Source: Chrysomallon squamiferum (taxonomy: Eukaryota > Animalia > Mollusca). Taken from it: a DNA stretch of 64,000 nucleotides. Made by a program: the position numbers and the translations under genes. Location: assembly GCA_012295275.1 (NCBI GenBank), contig CM022678.1, positions 19,282,001 to 19,346,000 of the forward strand. The letters are read 5' to 3'. The notes under the pieces were generated by a model. That model saw only the letters and a program-made list of their open reading frames with translations. It was not told where the DNA came from and searched no databases. This document shows, piece after piece, positions 55,921 through 64,000 of the stretch; position 1 is the stretch's first letter; every line of letters begins with the position of its first letter.

Positions 55921-56681
55921 ATATATGAAACCTAATACAAATTATTATTATAGAAATGTGAAACAAAAACAGCTTTTTCATTTGTCTTTTCCTTTCTTTT
56001 TTTTATTATTATTTTTTATATTTTTATATAATTTAATTTGAAATTTTGAAGCAGATTGTTTTGTTTATTATTCCCTGGCCCAACCACTACACAGCTGTGA
56101 TCCATCAAATTAAAACAAATATAAAATAAAAACCATCCCACTACAAACTTCTTCATAAACGTTTCTCACCTTTTGCTGGTCTCTTTACTGGCTACAGCTC
56201 TTGCATATTTTAGTGACCTAATTTCACACACCCGTTTCTGTTTCTGTAATGTTTAAATCGGCTGATAGCTGTGATATTTCTAATTGATGTAGGCTGATAA
56301 AAGCGAGTTATATATAGGACTATTGTGAGTCCTAGTGTTATTCGATCAACAAGCAGAGTTATGAGTTGTATGTAGGATAGTATTTCTTCATGCGACAGAC
56401 ACTGGCACCAACTCTAGACATAGGAGCGATCCTCAAAATAATGTAAAAAGAAAAACAAGAAAAATTGGTTAATAGATATTTCTTATACATTCCGGGTCTG
56501 TTTATTCGCTATATTTATTGGATATCTCAAGGACCTAATTTCATACACCCGTTTCTCTCTCTATGCTCTTATATATAGGCTGATAAGGGCGATATATTTA
56601 GCTCATGCAAGCTGATAAAGAAGAGAATGTGGCACTGTTGGAAGTGCTAGTTACATTAGTTCCAAACTAGAAATACTTTAC

Positions 56682-56716
<35 letters not shown>

Positions 56717-56840
56717 CTTAGTAATGTTAAATAACAAAAATGTTTTTTTTTTTTTTTTTTTTTTCAAAATGGATGATTTAAAATAATAATAATATTAATA
56801 ATAATAATAATAATCATAATAATAATAATAATAATAATAA

Positions 56841-56871
<31 letters not shown>

Positions 56872-56941
56872 AAGAAATTGATTTTGGTTAGTTGTAGAGA
56901 AATGTACAATGGAGTCAAATTTATAAATTTCTTTTAGGATA

Positions 56942-57004
56942 ATGGCTGCGAAAACACAGCAAAGCACAACGTCATTATAGAACGATTTTGCAGGGATAAA
57001 AATA
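56942..57004 (+). pseudogene. Exon 1 of copy 4, disabled (stop at codon 13, donor phase shifted)
   Basis: ttttag|GATA ATG GCT GCG AAA ACA CAG CAA AGC ACA ACG TCA TTA TAG (56978-56980; Glu in copies 1 and 5); ATA|gtgagc is one G shorter than ATTG|gtgaga. Confidence 0.75.
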
Positions 57005-57166
57005 GTGAGCAATACTAGTTACAATGATAGTGAAAGATTTGTATTATGTTCATGATACCTTCTGGCGCTCTTCTGCTTATTTTTATAATACGACATTCTC
57101 TCACAGATATACAAACTCAGATCTACATAAAAACACAAAAAACACACATACACACACCTATTTATA

Positions 57167-57271
<105 letters not shown>

Positions 57272-57418
57272 TTCGGTAATCACAGTATTTTCTAATTACT
57301 TATCTTCAACCTAAAAATAAAAATAAAAAATGCAACTTCTTATTTATAGAAATAATCTGTTTTTTTCAGTGGAAGTTCCTTCAACAAGTTTCAACTACTT
57401 ACATTTTATTTTTCAGCT

Positions 57419-59080
57419 ATGGATCAGGATATTTCCTTCGAAAAGAGATTGGAATCGTTTCCTCACTCGTTTCATCTTACAGATCTCATGTTCTACTCAA
57501 AACATTGTAGAGAAAAGTTATGTGAAAAGTTAAGAAAACGGAAAGAAGAGAAAAGAAGTCGAGTTGACAATTTTCTTTCTTTCCTGCTGTTTTTGCTAGG
57601 AGATCGAGACAAAGCAATCCAGACAAATTCCGAAGTCCGTGCTCGAGACCCTACTAACATTGTAGCTCGTGCAAACCGTGTGCGTTTTCTGTTAAAACAG
57701 GATAAGCGGTCTGCTGAATCAGAATTAATCGAACTGGAAAACATGAAGGGAGACTTTGACAGAATGCGTGCTGTAGCTGAAGCTGAACTTGCGTATTGCT
57801 ACTCTATAATATCTCCAGCTTCTTATCCAAAGGCTCTAAAGCTGTACAGAAAAGTAAACGAGAAATATGCAGACGAATACGAGTGGAAATTTGGAGAGGG
57901 TATTACACTTAGACGATCTCTGTCAGTTCAAAGCTATTCAATTCAGTCAGGTATCGATGTGGTAGAATTCGCTGTTAGATGCTGTAAACTGTTACAAGAA
58001 GTCGGCAGTAAGGCTTCAGAACCACTGAATGCAATGGCGTATGCCGAGCTCGGGGAATTAGCGATGCGACTTGAATTAAGACGGACTCCATTTGAAGATG
58101 AAATGCTGGCAGAAGAGATTAAACAACAAACAGGACTGCTACCGGGTGAGGAGTATTTCAGCAGAGCTCTTGAATTAGGGAAGGATGACCGTTTCGTACT
58201 TGGAAGGTGCGGTAAGCACTTAGTAAGCACAAATCAACTGGATGAGGCTGAAAGAATGCTAGAGACATCAGCCAGACTTTTCCCGACAGGGTATACTCTT
58301 CATCAGCTGGGTAAAGTTCTGCTGAAACAAAGAAACAAAAGCAGCGCATATGAACGAGCGATTGAGAAGCTAAAAGAGGCAACTCAAGTAAAATTCGGCG
58401 AAACTCATGATGCAGCTCTTGATTTGGCTTCTGCTTACATGAGTAAAAATCGCTACAGCGATGCTGAACGAGTCTTAAGAAATATAATAGAAACAGCCGA
58501 CATCGGTTCCGATCCGTTCACAGAAATTACCGCACTGAAAAATATGAGTTTTATCTATTTTGAAAAAAGCAAACATTGGAGACTTTCTTCAGATGAACAG
58601 GCTCGGCTGAGGAATGAAGAAATGAATTACAAAATTCTTGCTCTAGAAGCTTCTGCGTCAGAAGTGCTGTACAAATATCGCACTCATTTCAGAACGGTAA
58701 CTGATTTGCTGAAGCAAACGAAAGGTCCACGTGGGATAGAAATACCGTGGCAAGTTAAAGATGTTTACTGTATGGTCAATGAATTCACACCTTCCCTTCC
58801 GATTTATAGCAACATTCATAATCGAAATCTAGGACCGGACGACTGGATTCGAATTACAGAGGAATATCTTGACCGACAAGAATTCGAAAATGCCAGACAG
58901 TGTGTAAGTCTGCTGATGGGTACGCAACAAGCTGATGACATTCCTTTTCCTCTCGTCAGTCGAATTTATCTGAAAACAGCAGAGTACGTGTTATCAAGTG
59001 GCCTGTCACCGAGGAAAGCTAGGTCTTGTTTGAGAAGGCTTTTGCGTTCTACTACAAAACAAGCAAAGAAGATGAAATAA
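57419..59080 (+). CDS. TPR-TIR paralogue, copy 4: 553-aa TPR-only ORF from a new ATG, leaving frame just before the TIR-like domain
   Basis: Acceptor tttcag|CT ATG GAT where other copies have CT ACG GAT; uninterrupted 553-aa ORF; 1-nt deletion at 59039-59043 (AGG CTT TT- GCG versus AGG ATT TTT GCG in copy 1). Confidence 0.65.
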   Translation: MDQDISFEKRLESFPHSFHLTDLMFYSKHCREKLCEKLRKRKEEKRSRVDNFLSFLLFLLGDRDKAIQTNSEVRARDPTNIVARANRVRFLLKQDKRSAESELIELENMKGDFDRMRAVAEAELAYCYSIISPASYPKALKLYRKVNEKYADEYEWKFGEGITLRRSLSVQSYSIQSGIDVVEFAVRCCKLLQEVGSKASEPLNAMAYAELGELAMRLELRRTPFEDEMLAEEIKQQTGLLPGEEYFSRALELGKDDRFVLGRCGKHLVSTNQLDEAERMLETSARLFPTGYTLHQLGKVLLKQRNKSSAYERAIEKLKEATQVKFGETHDAALDLASAYMSKNRYSDAERVLRNIIETADIGSDPFTEITALKNMSFIYFEKSKHWRLSSDEQARLRNEEMNYKILALEASASEVLYKYRTHFRTVTDLLKQTKGPRGIEIPWQVKDVYCMVNEFTPSLPIYSNIHNRNLGPDDWIRITEEYLDRQEFENARQCVSLLMGTQQADDIPFPLVSRIYLKTAEYVLSSGLSPRKARSCLRRLLRSTTKQAKKMK

Positions 59081-59514
59081 ATGGTGCTGATATCATGATT
59101 ATCCATGACAAAGACGATTGGAACACATTTCAGATTTCAATGACGATTCAGATCATTCTGGAAAATTATACAGGTCTTAAAGTCACGCGAAATGATGAAT
59201 TTGCCTTTGAAGGAATGGATGATATCCATTTTTACAAAGGAGTGATGCCTTTTATTCGATGCATTGTTGTAGTTGTTAATTCCGATACGCCAAACACACA
59301 CTGGAAAAAAGTAATTGATTTGGCAATAGAAACTGCTACGAAGAAGGAGAAGATGATGATTGTATGCTTGAAATCAGGAGAAACTCACCGTGTCACTGAA
59401 CTGAATAATTTCAAAACAGGAAAAACTCCACCAGACGAAGCAGACGACAAAGCTGCAGTGGACTGGCTGCTGGAAACTTTTCCACTTCTTGTTAATGCTG
59501 ACGTCAATTTGTAA
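59044..59514 (+). pseudogene. Out-of-frame TIR-like domain of copy 4
   Basis: ORF 59026..59514: GADIMIIHDKDD...YTGLKVTRNDEFAFEG...IRCIVVVVNS...HWKKVIDLAI...LVNADVNL*, intact apart from the upstream frameshift. Confidence 0.75.
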
Positions 59515-59605
59515 ATTTCCTAATCTACAAATCCTAAGAAGAGTTTGAAATGAACGGCATGAATTGTTCGACTTTGTGAACCAAGTGCTGCTGCTGCAGA
59601 CACTA

Positions 59606-59638
<33 letters not shown>

Positions 59639-60273
59639 ATAATAATAATATTAATCAGAAAAGTAATAATAATAGTCATATGAAGATTAAGAACAATGAC
59701 AATAACAACAGTAATAATTATAGTTATATTAGGAAACCTACTCAAAAATGCTTTAATTGTTTTGTTTAAGAATATGAGGATGAAGTCGGAAAATACAAAA
59801 ATCCGATCTTACTGCTGTATATGTCAAAAATGAAATCCACGTATGTAGGTTGTATAGAAAGTCTACTGTTATTTTAGTATGTTTTTCAAAAACTTTATGC
59901 TTGAAATGAAATTTGTGTTATCTACAGCGTCAGAAGGACAATGTAAGTACAACGGCTTTTCTGTAATTTGATATATGATCTATGACTTTCATATATAAAT
60001 ATATATATATTTACTGTTTGTGGCTACTTATTTGTACATAATGGAATTGTTCTTAAAATGCTCTATCTATTTGTTCTTCTATTTTTTGTACAAGAGAGAA
60101 AACTGTGTCAATAATGAATTTTTTTATGTGAATGATTTCTGGTAATTTTATAATTTAGAGGTGGAAGTTTAGGGGTTTTAATTCAAAGTACTTTGATGTA
60201 AGGAGCTTTTTCTGAAGTTACTGTCAAGAGGTGAATATCTACACCAGTCTTTTGACATTTTCAACCCTAACAA

Positions 60274-60311
<38 letters not shown>

Positions 60312-61500
60312 GTAATAGTAATGAAAGAAAATTATGAAGGTCTTGTGATAAGCTACATGGTTTCTTAAGTAAATAAATAAGGAAGAAATTAGATGTATCG
60401 GAATTTGTTATTCAATAAATAAGTCCACTTTCAAATCGGGATGATCTGAAAAAAAAGAAGAAGTAAACAAGCAAAAGAAAATGATATAAATGAAACAAAT
60501 CTAACTATCGATAGTATTAATGCAATCAGTCAGAAACCTACAGGAAAGAAGAAGAAAAAAGAAAAGAAGAAAAATGGAAATAAAAACGAAGAAAGAAAAG
60601 CAGAAAAGAGGAATTATTCATACCACTAATTTGAAAATATGTTAGACTATCGTATTCATACGTTCATTCATACAATAATGACAAGTGTTTTCATGGAAAT
60701 AATTTCTGGAAATTGAAAGTAGAAAAATGTCGATATTACGATCCATGTTTCATTTGCATATTACAAAGAATAAACAACCTTTTTTCTTCCAAATAACTCA
60801 TTCATGAGTTGCTATATCATATTTGTAAATGTGTGCATATATAATAAAGACATGATGCTTATATTGTTGATAATACGATAATATTATAACAGTATCTTTT
60901 TATAAAACATTGCTTATATGGCTTTTATTGTTGCTGATGTTGCTATTATTATTTTGTAGTTGTTGTTGTTGTTTTTAGCCCGGGTAATCTGCCGTGCAAC
61001 TGAGATCCCCCACCGCATAATTCTCCCCTGAAGCGACATTTGAACAACGAATATACTTCATACAGAGACACGGTCGGACCTTTAGTTTGGTCTGAATAAG
61101 AAAAATTCCAACATTTTATTGAAGTATACGCAGAGGCCGAATGTTTCTGTTATATTTTATCTTTTCTAATTTCATGGAATTTACTAATACATGGTTTCAG
61201 ATTTGTTTGATCACGTTCGCTAAATAGCTACGTTTCGTAGAAAATAATATTCAAGTTTGAAGTAAGATATCGATCTGATTGATTCACGAATTGCCTTTTG
61301 ATATTTAAGATTATAATTACAAACAGGTATTATAAACAAGTGCATTACAAAAAAATAAAAAAACACGTTAAATAAAAATTCAGCTTGGGTCAGAAAAGAA
61401 AAGATGATATAAATCGATGGGAAAGACTTTGGAATCAATAAAATTTAGATGGCGAAAGTTTTACTGCGAAAAAAAAAAAAAAAAGAAAAAAAAATAATAA

Positions 61501-61552
<52 letters not shown>

Positions 61553-63471
61553 CAGATTGATCTCACTTTCCAAATAACAATGTTTTACTCAATATTTAAA
61601 CCTACACATAACACAACCGTATTACAAAACATGTCTTATGTAGAGCATACAGTGATTATCTCCTCTTACTCACCCGATTCGTGGAATTTAAAAAGGAAAG
61701 TAGGAAGTAGTGGTTATATAAACTGACATTTCGTTTCATTATAAGTGAGACCAGCGAGAACGTGTAAGTTTGATTTAAATTTGTTGTTCAGTTTATATCC
61801 TCCATTTTTAACAGTTTGTTCATTACTTGTCCATTAAATCATAACTATGATTCACAAATAGGTGACTGATATATAAGTTATAGTAACAAGGAAGTGTAAT
61901 CTACATATGACCAAGAACCAAATAACACAGCAATTTAACTAAAAATTCAGCTTAGTTCAGGAAAGGTAAAAACTCGTAAATCGATGAGATTGCTTTTTTT
62001 GGAACCAGTAACATTTTGATGGCCGAATACATATCAGTGTTTAGATAACGGAAAGGCAAATAATTTTTATTTTAATTATTTTATTTTAGCATTATTAAAT
62101 TTAAAATCTAGACGAAGGTCATTTGTTTCATTGTTCTCTGATTCAAACATTAGACATGTGAAGTTTCTGCATTTTATAGAAACTGATAAATTATACTATA
62201 AAAAGCTTTTTCAATATTGCTTACATCTTCCGGGTGTGTTTCAGTGACCTATTTCAATAACCTAGTTTGACACAGCAGTTTCTGTTTGTGTGTGTTTATA
62301 TATCGGCTGAGTAGTCACACATTCAACTCGTGTTGTATGATAAAAGTAAATAACAGTTAAAACTCTCGGGGGTCCTAGCGTTATTAGATATAAAGTAGAA
62401 ATCTGTGTTATGTACTGGTTGGGTTCTATTTCATTTCAACATTGATCCAAATATTTAGCTTTAATTTCTATGTCCACAAAAATTAGTCTAGTTTGTTTTC
62501 ATTGTGTTTAGACAGGTTCGAGAAAATGAATAGATAAATTATGTAGAAAAAAAATACATTTGATTTCATGTTCGCATATACGTTCTTTAATGCAGCATCT
62601 AGCCAAATAAATTCAATAGCCGAAAGTTTTCCTTATTTTTCTAGTTCCACGAAAATTTGTAATGCGTGTTTTCAGTATGTTTATCATGTTGACTAAATAG
62701 ATTCATTTCGTAGGAAATAAAGTTTAAGGTACCATCAAAATAAACATCTGATTAACGAATTGCCTTTAGATATATAACTGTTATTTCTAGGAAGAAGTAT
62801 AATAAACAAATAACACAAGACGTTAAATAAAATTCAACTTAGCTCAGAAAAGACAAGATCTCTTAAATCAATGGGAAAGAATTTTTGGAATCCGCAAGAC
62901 TGAGGTGGCAAAAGTTTTATTTCTCTGCAGGTTAGTAGACTGGACAAAGAAAAAGTAAAAAGAAAAAAGGATAGAAAGAAAATAATAATACTAATACCAA
63001 AAATAATAACAATAATAATGATAATAACAATAATAATAATTATCATCATAATCGGAATCATAAGCAACCCTTCATCGCTTTGAATCTGCTTTCGAAATAA
63101 AAATATTTTGTTTTATAGTCAAACCTACACATAACATTACCGTTTTAGAAAAGGAAACTACTCATAAATCCAAGGCAATGTTTTTGTGGAACCAGTAAGA
63201 GTTTGATAGCCTAATGAAGTTAGTATTGATTTAAGGGTGATCAAATGTTTCTTTTTTCTTCGTTTTTCAGTTTCCTTTCTTTCTTTTTATTGTTATAATT
63301 TTTATTTACATTTTTATAGAATATTTTAATTGTTCTTCATTAATTTTAAAATCGAGACGCATGCAATTTAGTTTATTATTCTGTGACCGGAACATAGACA
63401 TAAATGTATGATGTTCAATACACTGGAAAAAAAGAAATTACTAAAATATTTTATAACCTTCTTTCAGGATA

Positions 63472-63535
63472 ATGGCTGCGAAGAAACCACACAGCACAAC
63501 GTCATTAGAAGCGGATTTTTCAAGGATAAAAATTG
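63472..63535 (+). CDS. Coding exon 1 of copy 5 (MAAKKPHSTTSLEADFSRIKI + G)
   Basis: ctttcag|GATA ATG at 63472; donor ATTG|gtgaga at 63536; near-identical inverted twin of 8919-8982. Confidence 0.8.
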
Positions 63536-63872
63536 GTGAGAAATACTAGATACAATGATAATGAAAAAATTGTATTTTGTTGCATTACTGCTTCATGCGA
63601 AACTGTTCTACTTTTTTACATAAACGCGTTATTCTCTCTCTTACAGATATTTATATTCAGACATCTGAATAAAAACACAGACATACGCAGACACACACAC
63701 ATATTTATACAAAAAAGATGGCGAGAGAGACATTCAGTAAATGAAGCATTATGTGATTACGAATCTGCAATTTTAAAAGAAAACAATTTCGAACATCTCA
63801 TCTTTAGAAAGGTACTTTTCCCCCGAAGTTATTCTTTCAGAAATCTGCAATTATGTAGATTTTATTTTTCAG

Positions 63873-64000
63873 CTACGGATGAGGACATTTCCTTGGAAAA
63901 TAGACTGGAATCGTTTCCTCACTCCTTTCATCTCACAGATCTCATGCTCTGCACTAAACAACGTAGAGAAAAAATACTTTTAAAGTTACAACGAGAACCG
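63873..64000 (+). CDS. Start of main exon of copy 5 (truncated by window end)
   Basis: tttcag|CT ACG GAT GAG GAC ATT TCC TTG GAA AAT AGA = TDEDISLENRLESFPHSFHLTDLML..., same as copy 1. Confidence 0.85.

Noticed and set aside
59030-59050. Programmed -1 ribosomal frameshift joining TPR and TIR in copy 4
   Set aside because: No X XXY YYZ slippery heptamer; the other copies are in frame at this site

Overview
AT-rich, microsatellite-laden eukaryotic DNA (probably an invertebrate animal; taxon is inference) with a 200-N gap at 29972-30171. The window holds a cluster of five paralogues of a ~730-aa protein with an IFIT/TTC22-like TPR solenoid fused to a divergent C-terminal TIR-like domain. Copies 1 and 2 are on the - strand left of the gap; copies 3, 4 and 5 are on the + strand right of it, and copy 5 runs off the window. 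The gene model has a 64-nt ATG exon missed by the ORF track, a phase-1 intron, and one ~2.1-kb exon. All four fully visible copies carry frameshifts and/or stops. Copy 4 has gained a new ATG and could encode a TIR-less 553-aa TPR protein. The intergenic DNA is largely a degenerate modular repeat whose orientation flips at the gap, with multi-kb inverted and direct duplications, orphan first exons, a Tigger/pogo relic, a Gmr1-type (INT before RT) Gypsy relic, a possible MULE relic and a SINE-like element. Family assignments and similarities are by eye; no searches or alignments were run.
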